A stretch of 64,000 bases of DNA, taken from Bugula neritina. Lineage: Eukaryota; Animalia; Bryozoa. Each line of letters opens with the position of its first letter. The first letter of the stretch is position 1. The DNA is taken from the NCBI GenBank assembly GCA_964035545.1, contig OZ037768.1, positions 22,167,319-22,231,318 of the forward strand. Reading direction: 5' to 3'. Shown here piece after piece: positions 39,001 through 51,548 of the stretch. The notes below the pieces were generated by a model. That model saw nothing but the letters and a program-made list of their open reading frames with translations. It had not been told where the DNA came from and ran no database searches. The position numbers and the translations under genes were made by a program.

Positions 39001-42000
39001 ATTGCTAAAAAGTTTGTATCTAAAGATATCCGATTGAGCTGAAAATTATATTGAATTTAGGAAAAGTTTGTATCAAATTTCTGTTGAAATCAACACTAAT
39101 TTATGACAATTTTGCACTTACAAACTTCAAAGATAAGCTATTTTTAGAAGATGAGTCAAAGAGTTAGAATTTAGTCTTTACTAAATTATTATATATATAC
39201 TTCTTGTAAGTTTATTCAATATTGAAAAGCTTGTATAGTAAGACTTCCATTATCTAGTAGTAATCATTTTGACAAGACTGCGAACATGGCATCATGTCTT
39301 ACATTTGTAGAAGGAAAGACAATATACAGCTAATATTTCTCTAACCACAGCCAGCTTATTTTAAATCTTTTATATGGTGGAATTGACTGTTTATTCATCT
39401 TGTATGTAGTGTATTTATAGTAAGACTTAATGATTTACGGATACTTTTAGATTTGTCTCCCTACATATGCACTGCTTTTACTCATGGGAGGAATGCTACT
39501 CACTGTATCTGACCAAAATTATTGTTGCTTATAGGTTAAGAAAAATTAAATAGTTTTCTGGAAAAGTTTGTGTTGTTTCAACATTTAATTTTTTATTTTC
39601 TGTAGTAAAACGTTCGTCCTCTCATCACTGGGCAACACTTGTGTCACCTTCGTGTCTGGTGCTTTGGCTTTCTTTGCCCCCAAGTTTATGCTGAATGCGT
39701 ACCGAGTGTCCGGGAATGATGTAATCCACCTTGATGAGTATGTAAATATTATAATTCTATCTTTTCTGAAGTTGTTGCCTTTTAATATGTGTTAATTTTT
39801 CTTCATTTAAAATTGTAGCATTGTGTAGTCGTATTCGTATTGATCACTTTTGCACTCATTTCATATTATGAAGAGTGATCCTTTATACATGCCATGCTCA
39901 TAGCTGCTCTATTTGTAAGATTTCAAGTGATTTAATTAAAACTCTTAATTTTTTCCACTAATAATGTCTGTTTTAGTTGTGTAAGTTTGATTTTGTGAAA
40001 CACACTCTAAATTATAGTATTTTTTTATTTCAATAGATAATGAACACACTTTGAATTACACATGATAGTAGATTATATACAATGTCAATCATGTGTTCTG
40101 GTGTTAGTGTTTGATCCGGTCAGGTGCTATAATGGACATTGACCTTTACCTAAATGACCTTGAGATAATTGAGTATATATAGTGTGATATAAGTTAGCTG
40201 ATTACCTCCCAGTGATAGCCGTATCTGTATTAGTTTAAGGTGTCTTCCAATCTCGGCGTGGACAGCTTAGCTTATCTACGTGCGTTTCCAGTCTACCAAC
40301 TCTGCTAGTATTTTATGCTAAAGATGCGTTGAGTAGCATAAGAAGACATTTAATCATATTGACAGCAGTTGTCTTTCCTTGCAGTGTGTCATTATATATG
40401 GGAATTATCACCACATCAGCCGGGTTTATTGGCGTAGCCTTAGGCACTGTGGTAGCCAGACATGTGAAGAGGGTACACCTGAATGGGGACGCCATAGTGT
40501 GCGCTGTTGGTATACTGGCTAGCTCGCCATTTCTCTACGGCGCTCTTGTGCTCTGTGAATTTAACATGATCATAACATGGGTGAGTTATTGAGGCGATTC
40601 CCCGGCTGGGGTAGCATAACTCCAAATGATGAAATATCAACTCTATATTTTGACAGAACCCTTATTATTTAATTAAAAAACAATTCTAGTAGATTACATA
40701 TTATTATATACATTGTTTTATTAACGTTTTCTATTTTATAAGATCACTACATTTCACTGTACTATAAAATCTTCATGTAAACGAGTGTATAAAAAGATGA
40801 AATATAACAATATGTTGTTATATATATATAACATTCTCACCTCACTGTTATGTGTATAGATGTGTAGACACTATGTGAACATAGACATATACATTGAATG
40901 ACACACACATATTCACCTAGCTCTTGCTGTCTATGTTTAGATACTGGTGTTCATTGGAGAGACATTGCTGTTCATGAATTGGCCTCTGGTAGCTGATATG
41001 CTTCTGGTAAGGAAACTGGAACATACTGTATGGTGATAGTTTGTTTTTCTCGTTTATATATTCATCTACATAGTAATGTTTCACTTGGAATGGAAACTAT
41101 GTATTAAACAATTACTCATAGTTTTTACAGTTCAACTCTAGTCAAAACTGTGGTGTCATAGTGTATGGTATTTTCCACTAGCTTATCAATGAATGTGTGT
41201 TGATAGGACCCATTATCAGCTGTTTGAAGGTGTTATTCCCCACCTTGTGGGAGATATTCTATGCATTGATAACTGATGCACATTGTCACGTATACAGTTT
41301 TACTGATTTACTTGTATTTTGGGACTTGCAAGTTCCAGGTTTCTGTATTTAAAATGTGATATGCAAGAGATATCCTGGTTGGCTGTTTCTGTTTTTGGAA
41401 AATTATGTAGGATCCGAAATTTCCCAGTTTGTACTTCGATGTATTTCAGAGTTGTTGTTCCTTTGCATACTTTCCTTGTCTACCTCCGTTATTTTGGTAT
41501 CTGGAAATTAATATAGAAGTTTAAGAAAATTAAAGTTGACAAATCTGGTATTTTCAACTCGAATTCTTAAACTCAGCTTTGACTCACCAAATCGCAAAGA
41601 TGAAATAATGTTGTTGCTGTTTTTAGTATACAGTTCCAGCCACTTTGCGGTCAACTGCGGAGGCGGTGCAGCTCTTTGTGTGTCACATGTTAGGGGACGC
41701 GGCTAGCCCCTTCATACTCGGTGGGGTAAGTTCCAAGCTATAGACAAGGTCTTCACTCATCTAGTATCCACACTGCTGCTTTCTCAAGTCTATTACTTCA
41801 AAATATTACTTTTATTATAATGAGTCTGTAATATACAGATATGTGACCAAAGTGACTCTTTGAATATGTTATGTAATCTTTATCTCAAATTGTGGTGTTG
41901 GTTGTAATTAACTCTAGAGTTTTGTGTTGTACTGGAATATCGTGTATTATATTGTAATGTAATGCATTATTTATTTTATTGTATTGTGTATTATTACAAT

Positions 42001-42801
42001 TTATTGTATGACATAGTATTGCATTGTAATATACTGTGTTGGATATATTTCATTGTATTGTAATTTATTGTATTCTACGATACTGCATTGCATTGTACTG
42101 TAGATTATTGCATTATATTGCATGATACTGTATTCTAATACATTATATTGTTTGTATTGTATAATATAGTGTTGTATTGCACTGCAGTGTATAATGTTGT
42201 ATTGTATTGCATAATGTTGTTTTTATTCAATCGTATTGTATAGTATTTCATTGTATTGTATCTCAATACATTAGCTATCTGAAGCACTGGGAGGTGCTAG
42301 TGGTGACATTGAGACAGAGTTCAAAGGTCTCCAGAACTCCCTCTTCATTACCCTCTTCATCTCTGTGTTGGGCGGCGGCTTCTTCCTGTTCTCTTCTCTC
42401 TACCTTGTGAAAGATAAGAACGCTGCTGAGGCAGCAACCAAAGGTGTGTGACGGTTACTCTATCTCTATAGTTTGAAGGGTAGTAGTAGTAGTAGTAGTG
42501 GTAGTGGTACTAGTAGTAGTAGTAGTACTAGTAGTACTAGTAGTAGTACTAGTAGTAATAGTAGTAGTAGTAGTAGTAGTAGTGGTCGTAGTGGTATTAG
42601 TAGTAGTAGTAGTAGTAGTAGTGGTAGTAGTACTAGTAGCAGTGGTGCTGCTGCTGCTGTATAATAAGTATCATATGCTGACATAACGACATCATGTATC
42701 TCCAATGTGTATATGTGAATATCTTAGGCCTCTCACCAACTGGTCATATCGACCTCGATGTGCTCGACCAAAATTCTGAGCACAAAATAGCGGGACTGTG
42801 A
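36001..42801 (+). CDS. SPNS1: Spinster homolog (SPNS1/spin), lysosomal MFS transporter; isoform with proximal terminal exon (~504 aa)
   Basis: Exons 36001-36217, 36834-37036, 37191-37342, 38406-38472, 38872-39011, 39606-39737, 40385-40580, 40941-41006, 41627-41725, 42275-42443, 42728-42801, all in frame. Diagnostic motifs [76 protein letters not shown]. Confidence 0.95.
36452..36775. repeat. ~34-41-bp minisatellite x9 in spinster intron 1
   Basis: Unit TAGAGCACCTGCTGTATATG..ATGYACTACA; ends ~55 nt before the 36834 acceptor. Confidence 0.93.
37399..37589 (-). mobile_element. SINE family A, copy 5
   Basis: Aligns with 5851-6054 in the same orientation. Confidence 0.85.
37864..37958. other. 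Imperfect ~95-nt palindrome/hairpin in spinster intron 3
   Basis: ATTCTCA..ATTGGCTG..AATGAC pairs with GTCATT..CAGCCAAT..TGAGAAT. Confidence 0.7.
41935..42262. repeat. Degenerate (ATTGT)n pentamer tract abutting the spinster exon-10 acceptor
   Basis: Repeated tattg/cattg/attgt up to ~12 nt before the AG at 42273-42274. Confidence 0.8.
42480..42645. repeat. (AGT)n trinucleotide microsatellite in spinster intron 10
   Basis: Long gtagtagta run with interruptions; source of three spurious homopolymeric ORFs. Confidence 0.96.
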
Positions 42802-43669
42802 GAAGGTATAATGCACACTTTTGCCGCTATTCTGCTGCCTCCATGCAGCTGTGATTGTTAATCCCAGTGTACTGTGTCACTGCGTAGCACGTGGTCTCAG
42901 GTTTTGATGATTACACTATAGAATATGCTAGGTTACATCTATGATTCCAATGCTACACAAAGAGATTTGATTTAGTAAAATTCACTAACAATATTTCTCT
43001 TGTATTCAGTAAATGAGGTCATGATCATTTCCATTCAAATCTTCAACATAAAAAAATATTGAAATTTAATTTTCATCTATGTAAGAATGAAAATTGGTAC
43101 AAGGGGTAAAGATACAAAATTTATATAGCGCTATAACAATTCCATCAAAGTGATTTGTAATCAACTATTTAAACATGAATGTCTAATTTTTATGAGATTT
43201 GATATGTAATACTTATAAAAAGTAGAGGACTTTCAACTTTATCCTGAAGATGGTTTAAATTAAGGAATTTCTCTGCTGTGTTGGTTTGTGTCTTTGGAAA
43301 GTATGATAATTCCCAACTGTAGGGCAAATTAAAACCTTAGAATGTGTTAGCCTCAGTGACAGATCTTGTAGCAATTCCTTTCAATGGGGCTATCATCAAG
43401 GCCACCTCACCGGCCAGGCCAATATTTATGTTGTAGATTTTTAGCACCTAAATTTAGAAATGATTTCTTGTTGGTTGCAAATTTCCCATTATGCAATTGT
43501 AGGATTCAATTTCAAAATGTGACCTTTACTTTTAACCTCTGTCAGCGCTTGTTTAGGTGAGCTGTCAGTAAACTAGGAAAATAATTTATGTCAGTTTGTC
43601 AACTCCTGTTACGTACATTTAAGTAGATTGTCTCTACGCTATAAGAATCCAATCTCACCTGTGTTTTAG

Positions 43670-43728
43670 CCTCCTTGCCAAAAGACGGCCATCTTGCCGA
43701 AGAGCAGCCGTTGTGCCAAGGCATATAA
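43670..43728 (+). CDS. SPNS1: Spinster alternative terminal exon 2 (ASLPKDGHLAEEQPLCQGI*)
   Basis: CTCAC branch-like motif plus GTGTTTTAG| acceptor; phase 1 matches the 42443 donor; GC-rich open frame to TAA. Confidence 0.55.
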
Positions 43729-45025
43729 GCCAAAAAGCTGCTACTTTTCCAGCTTTTGCTTCAAGCATGTTTTTGTGGCGACCAGCTGTGCTAAAATTAG
43801 AGTAAACATTGCATTGCGTTGGCTTCAACATATTTTTAGTGGGGAGGGAATAGCTTTATAATTAGGCAGACTGCTTTAAAATTTGAGCATTCTTGAATTT
43901 GCTTTCACCGTAGCTTTTGAGCTCAACTTTAAAAATAATAAAATATAATTTTATGTCTCTCAGTTGCAACTCCATCTATTTTTGTCTATTTATGAAGTCT
44001 CCTACATTTCTTAGGAATACTTGAAGCAGCACGAGATAAAATAAATACAACAACTAATAGAAATAACATATATCCATTGTATAAGACAACACAGCTATCA
44101 AGCCCACACTGCATAATGTAATGAAGTGTAATGAATAATATGTTGTATAGCTAGCAAAGAGTTATTAAAGTAATAGAACAGTTTACTAGCTATGTTTCTC
44201 AATAATAATAATAATAATAAAATAATTTATGCTTGATAAATTTGAATCTGAAAGTGCATATGTATAGAGAAAGCTCTGACATTGTAGTGTAATAAATAAG
44301 ATTTTAATTTACCCTGCTGTGTGTGTTTAGTATGACTAGCATAAAGAAACAAATTAAACCTGCAAGTGGTTTTATAAGAAAAACTCCAGATGTATAAAAA
44401 AATCTCAAATTTTTTTACAACAAAATTTGCTTACAAAAAAAAATTAAATTCCTACAATTTTACAAAAGTTCAAAACAGCAAAGTATGAAAGTTTCTTATT
44501 TGGTGGGCTATTTGATCCTTTGCCAATTTTATGTAGACAGGGATGTCCCTCTAAGTATGCACTAGACTGGACAACTCTTTCCATATGCTGTAATGATATT
44601 TAGTGAGTCTTATTAGTTTGAGTAGCTGTAAATTAATTTAGTTAGTTAATTCATACTCTCTACTGGTGCACTAATATAGTATTTCTGGTGAGTGTAACAC
44701 ACTGTATGAGTCAGATTATGGGTATTGACTTAGGGCTGCCCATGTTTTCATAGGCACCCTGGTTTGTACACCTCAAATTCATGTGTACGTATTTTGTATT
44801 TTTAAATTTGCTTTTATATACTAAATCTAGAAATTAATAGAATTTAAAACATTTATGTAACAGCAAGTTGCTCAATTCAAATTTGACTTCTCATTGATCT
44901 GCTTTGGTTATTTTCACATTGCTAAATATTCTATTCAACTGATTTGCTTTTCAAACATGATTTCTCGTACCAACACTTGCTTGTCTTTCTCATGAGACAT
45001 GTCTGCTATCTACATTCTACCAAGT

Positions 45026-45421
45026 ACTAGTTTGTACTGACTAGTGGGTAGTTTGTACTGACTAGTGGGTAGTTTGTACTGACTAGTGGGTAGTTTGTAC
45101 TGACTAGTGGGTAGTTTGTACTGACTAGTGGGTAGTTTGTACTGACTAGTGGGTAGTTTGTACTGAGTAGTGGGTAGTTTGTACTGACTAGTGGGTAGTT
45201 TGTACTGAGTAGTGGGTAGTTTGTACTGACTAGTGGGTAGTTTGTACTGAGTAGCGGGTAGTTTGTACTGAGTAGTGGGTAGTTTGTACTGACTAGTGGG
45301 TAGTTTGTACTCACTAGTGGGTAGTTTGTACTGACTAGTGGGTAGTTTGTACTGAGTAGTGAGTAGTTTGTACTCACTAGTGGGTAGTTTGTACTGAGTA
45401 GTGGGTAGTTTGTACTGAGTA
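45026..45421. repeat. 21-bp minisatellite x~19 immediately upstream of the distal spinster exon
   Basis: Unit gtagtttgtactgactagtgg; ends ~20 nt before the AG at 45442-45443. Confidence 0.98.
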
Positions 45422-45443
45422 CATACCTCTGTATATGATGCAG

Positions 45444-45589
45444 GCACAGCTGTTAGACCAATACACACTGGAAGCAGGCCAGACCACAGGCAAACCTTAC
45501 CATTAGATGACATGGTGCCTTTAATGGAAGACGATGACGACGACAGTGATGGACATACTGACTCACAGCTAGTTCTTCTATCAACTTAA
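45444..45589 (+). CDS. SPNS1: Spinster alternative terminal exon 3 (GTAVRPIHTGSRPDHRQTLPLDDMVPLMEDDDDDSDGHTDSQLVLLST*)
   Basis: ATGCAG| acceptor, phase 1, 47 open codons with an acidic cluster and a dileucine-like motif; no ATG-initiated gene explains it. Confidence 0.65.
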
Positions 45590-48500
45590 TCCCACCACTT
45601 CCTTTATTACGGACATTTTGATGAAGTTTTGTACAGTGTACAGTGTTATTATAATTTAACAAATTATTGAATATGTTTTTTTTTCAGTCCGCAATACTAA
45701 CTTGTGTGTCAACTTTTTGAAAATATTCCAAATTATAAATAATCAAAAAGAGATTTCACAGTCGTTGATTTCATATACATTTTAAAAAATTTCCTACTTT
45801 GCGTATAACTTTTAGGTAATTATTCTTAAATAATATCTTAGATTTTTTGTGAAACCAAAGCTTATGTTTGCAATATTAAAGCTCTTTGAGCTATGATTAT
45901 AATCATATATTACTTATTCAGTATTGTGTAGAGTTTATATTGTGGCATGTAAATATTTTCTACTCAGGCATATTACCTGAGTTATTCCGTGATGATTCAG
46001 TGATGTTTAGGGGTTGACCCAGATTCAAATTATCTTCTTAGGTCAAATTTTTTATTTAAATTATATTGGCAAATTCTTCATTAAGTATTTGAATAACTTT
46101 AACCTGTTTTGTTTGTCAATTTATTCTATATTTTCTTGCAGTTAATGTTTTTTATAATGATTCCTCATGATTCTTTCATACATTACATGCTCTCTCTATT
46201 TTCCATTTTTCATTGATTGCAAATTTTATATCAACAAGAAATCATTTAAATTATAATAAATTGTAAGAATTTACTTTACTGAGTTATAATATTCTGCTAG
46301 TTTTTAGAATAGAAATCAACATAAGTTCTAGTATATTCTCTATTGGCATTATCAGTTTCAATTTATGCATTGCTTCAACATAAATTCAAAATATTTAGTT
46401 ATGGACAGTGGAAAGTAAGGTGATGAGATTTATCAAAACTAACAGATGAAAGGCTGAGAACTAGTGCTATTTACCATTGATTGGGGTGGTGCTAGCTCTC
46501 CCTCTAACTGAGTAGGCTCTGGCTATATCTAGCTGCTATTACTACACTGCAGAAGCTGGTAGACATGTTTTCCATGACATGAATGGGATTTTTGACAACT
46601 CAGTATATCACAAGATAATTATTGATGTTATTGAAAACAAACTTATTTGAATATCTTTATCTGCTTATCTCCATTCCATAATTAACATTTATCATATATT
46701 TATTATCTATAATATAAGATTGGATTTAACAGGAACTCCAAAAGTTACCTTGTTCATAGAATTTAATCTGTCTGACATGATAAGCTAATAGCCACATGCT
46801 GTGAGGTGACTCATGCCACTTGTATTCATGTAAACAATATTCCAAAGATCTTACTGCTGTAACTTATTCTTATGGCAAAACTCAGTAGCTATGACGAAAA
46901 AAAACTTCTATGTGATTAGAGGGAAAAGTATTTTAGTAAAACAATAATTAATAAAGAAAGTAAATATTTTATAGTATACATGCAGCAAGACACCTATAAA
47001 ACAGTTTAAAGTTTAAATGTATTTAGGCATTGTACAACGTATGTGAAGTTATGCAGTGAAAGCTGTATTGGGTCAAAAAGTAATTTTGTAAACCAAATTT
47101 ATTGCATCGGATGAAGTTAAATTATATAAATTATAGTTATGCATGAACAAAGCATTGCGTGGAAAAATCAAATTATGTGGCCTATAAGGCATAAGGACAC
47201 TCACACTCTGCATTATAGAATGGAGCATCAAACCACACGTGAACTGGATTGACTGCATGTTGTTGAAAGAGAAATCTTAGGACAAACTTTTCAATCTATC
47301 AAACACAATTCACAGATTGAAGCCAAATAGACAGGGGAAATGGTTAAAATTATATATACAAATGTGATTTTAGTAAGAAGAGGGGAAAGGGGAGATAACC
47401 CACAGTGAATCATACATAATAGGTTACCTTCTACTTGGACGTCTTGATTTCCCCACCAGAGTTCTCAGCGTTATGGATGCTTCAGTCTAATCACTCACAA
47501 GTATGACTTGCAAGGGTTGATGCTATGCAGTGTACACAAAGTGTCAGTTTTGTTGATGGTACAGATCAGAGTTCACAAATTGGAATCAATATTTATTTAT
47601 TAGACCAAATCACTTGTTAAAAGCTCTCACCTTCAATTAGTTTCCACTCAGATTTGGCAATGTTCTGTTTTATACTGTAACAAAATCTTGAGAGTTAAAC
47701 AGAGAATCTTTTTATAGAACTGAAACAAGAAATATCTTAAATATCAATCTTGCTATAATATTGTCATCATATGAAAGATATACTTGGGCAATTCTAAGAA
47801 ATCTTTTATTTATGCTGATAATATCAGTTTACAGAGCTTTCTAGATTATAATTCTGGGTTTAAAGCCAGAGATAGTTTAATCTGTAACATCTACTGCATT
47901 ATATCTTAAATCTTTTGATAACCTTATTCTATCATCTATTGTGTAGTGAGTTAGTTAATTTATTTATAGTTTTTTCGTATTTTCTTGGAATCAGATATAA
48001 GATAGCACATAATCCTCCCATTAAATAGAAATTGAAGTTACTGAACATTTCTAATAGCCTTTCGTTAATATTCTTCTTCCTGGTGTAAACCTGGTGATAA
48101 ATATATGGGGATGTCAAATAGATTTCTTTTTGCATCAAACCTTTTATTCAAATTAGTTTTTCTCCACTGCAGGCCTATGCATTGAATATATGATTACTGA
48201 ATTTTTTAATAAATATTGATTTGGAAATGTTTTACGTTAGAGCAATTGTTGTATAAAAAAATGGCCTCCAGTAATGATTGATTACATTTCCTGAGTTTTG
48301 TATTCACAGCTCTGTTAAGGAAAGCTTAGCCATCAACATGCTGTTCTATTAGTATTTATTACAACTTTTGGCTTGCATTAAATATAATTTCCTGGTAAAT
48401 AATATTGTAGCTTGCAGTTTCCTGAATCATATAACAAGTCAACAGAAATGCTCACTGGACATCAAACCATATACAAATCCAGTCATGGAAACATTTATAA

Positions 48501-48825
48501 AGGGTGAAAATTGTCTTATAGTAAATCATGTATAAATTCGATATTAGTTACCTTAACAAGTAAAAATTTATAATATATAGATTTTTGATCCCAAGCAAAC
48601 ATTCAATTTAGTTTTCACTCTGATAAGCTATGACGTTACTTCACTGGCAAATAAACACAAAAACTGAAAACTGGCACTGCAACGTATACGTATACATATA
48701 CATATATATATAATAGTTAAACAGTTGCGATATTGCTTATTTTTTAAAAAAACTTTTAATTAAATGTTGTTTAACTTGACAATTTTGTATCATGGAAAAG
48801 TACACTAGCTGAATAGCTCAAGCTG

Positions 48826-50949
48826 TTACACAGCCATGCTTTTCCTTCTGTTGGTATCTAGTTTACTAGTCATTGCTTTGCTAAAGGAAGGGTTATTAGT
48901 TGATCTGGTGGTTTGTTTGGAACCAGTGATGGGAATGGAAGAGTGTCTTCTTTTGGACATGTTGGTAGGTGATCCGATGGTAACATTGAGCTCTCCCATG
49001 ACAGAGTCTTTCTCTTCACTGTCTTCTATAGAAGAGGTCTCGGTGTCTTCTAGTAGTGGGGTGGCAGCTTTCCGATATGACGCGCTGTAAAATGTTATAC
49101 TTGAAGATTTGACTATTTCTTTTCTGGCAACATAGCAAATTTTGCTTAAAGTGTTGTAAAGTATCTACTTTTCATAAAGTGTACTGCTTGTATAAGTAAT
49201 CAGAGATATTGCATCTGTCTTTAAAACAATGAGGAGGCCTGTTTTTTAAGCCTTAAATTCAAGTCTAAATTAGAAAAGTTAATTAATTAAAAAATATAGT
49301 TTCACAAGCATTCCCATCATTTTTAAGGTAAAGAGATACTGTTATTCCTGTTGGCTATTGTATTAGTACTTTAAAATCATTATTTGTGGCAGTTTGGCAT
49401 TAAAAGCTATATTTCTATTTCAAGTGCCAAGTACAATGATAAAATTCACCTTTGACCTGATGACAGAGAAGTCCTAAGAATCATGATACATGCATGGGAC
49501 CACCCACACAGTTCAATATTAAGCCTTTAGCACCACCCTGTATGTTTATGCTGTATGGGTGGTTTTGACTCATCAATTAAACCTATTTTTACATTTTACC
49601 AATATAACCTAAGTTTTCTGAAACATGATTAAGTCCTTTACTAATCAAAGATGTCATCTTAAAATAACATCTCGTAATCTCTCTTACTGATGTTGATTAT
49701 ACAGGTGGTTCTACTTCTAATTCGTAATTTATAGTGTACATACATTTGGACAATGAAATATACAGCAGGTAGTTTCGAAATAATTCTGGCACATGCTACA
49801 AACAATATACCATCAGCCTTGTTTACACTAACTAGCATGTAATAAATAGTGCTGTTATGTAAAATATGCTTAGTGTTTACATTTTGTGTGCAGTACAAAT
49901 AAATTAGGACAAGGAAAAGGTGAACACAGTTTCAATGAACTTTTTTAATCTTAAAGCTTGAAGTTTCTTTTTAACAATTTTTACTCTTTTGCTGTCTAAA
50001 ACTTGACATCCAGCCCTATAGAATTCTAAATATGTTAGCAGCAACCTACTTACAAATACCATGATAATAATACATAATAACTTACACGTAAGTACAACTA
50101 ACAACAATAATAATTACGAGTACTTACTTAAGTAAGTACAACTACTTCAACTTACCTGTATTGCTGAGCATATTTTTTCCACATAAGTGGCAGGGTTTCC
50201 CTCCAGCTCTTATTCAAAGACATCTGTTCCAATCTAAGTGTTGATCTCCTTTCTCTCACAGTCATTCTGTTCATTTTATCAATAATTCCGTTTGGTATGT
50301 TTTCCACAACACTATTAGAATATCTATTTGTTTGCAATGTGTCTCTACTGTGACCGATAACAGATTCGCTTGTCCTTGACCTTGGCTGTAGTCTGACTAG
50401 TAAAGGTTGCATTGATGAGGCAACAGACCTGGGCCGTTGGTACTGGGACCTATTGAGACTGGCCCCGGCGTCAGCTAATAAACTAACTATCTTCGAATGA
50501 TGAAAACTACTGGCCAACTGCAGAGGGGTAAAGCCAAACCAATTCTTTACATCTACGGAAAGACCGTATCTCCTGGTATGTTTAATCAGTTTTTCAGCGA
50601 TCTGCTCATTTCCTGTTATAGCCGTAAAATGTAAAGCAGTATTTCCTGTTTGACGACACTTACTGTTTATATTAATGTCGAGTGAGCATAAGAGAATATC
50701 AATAAGTGAAGTTAGTTGATTGATACAGCAATAATGAAGAGCATTCAATCCCTGCCTGTCTCTAATAGAGATCTTAGCGCCACGCTCTAGCAACAGTCTT
50801 ACAAGTCCGTTGGCTTTTCTTTCGTCCTTCATGAATAAACATTTAATAAGAGGAGTTTCCCCGTTTTTATCACGAATATTTATATCATTCGCCTGTTCTA
50901 TGTAGGCTATAGACCGGAGATAATCGCCACGATCGATTGACTTAAACAT
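48826..50949 (-). CDS. Ankyrin repeat protein (ANKRD34/ANKRD63-like architecture), ~350 aa, 2 coding exons
   Basis: Exons 50949-50156 (AG|GTAAG) and 49084-48826 (TTACAG|) join in frame. Ankyrin motifs GETPLIKC, GLNALHYCC, GNTALHFTA, GFTPLQLAS, followed by a low-complexity Ser/Arg tail. Confidence 0.9.
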
Positions 50950-51410
50950 AATAAACCACTTAATATAACAAACAGTACCTTAATCTATTGATTATTAGTA
51001 TAACTACAGATGGCATCTTAGCAATGCGTCTATAACTTTTATTGATTTTTCGATAAACAAACATCAATCAATCAATTAAAATTGCTCAGCAACTAAAGTT
51101 TCACTTCAGGTAGCAAAAAGAAAAGGTTATTATCAGTAGAAGTTATTCAAGGCATGGCTAAACAATCACTGCTTTTAATAAGCTGAGACAAAGTTTGTCA
51201 ATGTACTTGAATATTATCAGCAAACTGATCTACGATTTCAATAAACTTTAATATAACAGGAGAAATTGGCCATACCGATTTTATATATAACAAATTCTAT
51301 TACGAAGTATGGCAATTTAGCCTTTGAAGATAGCTTTACAACTGGCAATAGAAATTAAATTTTATATTATCTACATGGTTTATAATATATTTTTTACTTG
51401 TTTAAAATCG

Positions 51411-51548
51411 GGTAGTGGAAGATTTGAGCTAGCCCAAGTTCTTTAAATTTTGGTTTGGAGCATTGGTTGAAATTCTTACAAGAACAAAACTTTCCTACAT
51501 TTCAAATCTAGAACACAGGCTTTTCCCAATGTCTCCATTACTGCAGCT
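51411..51548. mobile_element. MITE family B, degraded copy 5
   Basis: GTAGTGGAAGATTTGAGCTAGCCCAAGTTCTTT ... CTAGAACACAGGCTTTTCCCAATGTCTCCATTACTGCAGCT. Confidence 0.65.

Noticed and set aside
42466-42705. Poly-Ser, poly-Val and poly-Leu ORFs
   Set aside because: Frames of the (AGT)n microsatellite in an intron.
45010-45513. 167-aa (QYKLPTS)n ORF with apparent minus-strand donors at ~45425 and ~45499
   Set aside because: Minisatellite artefact; the unique portion is better explained as the antisense of the + strand spinster terminal exon.
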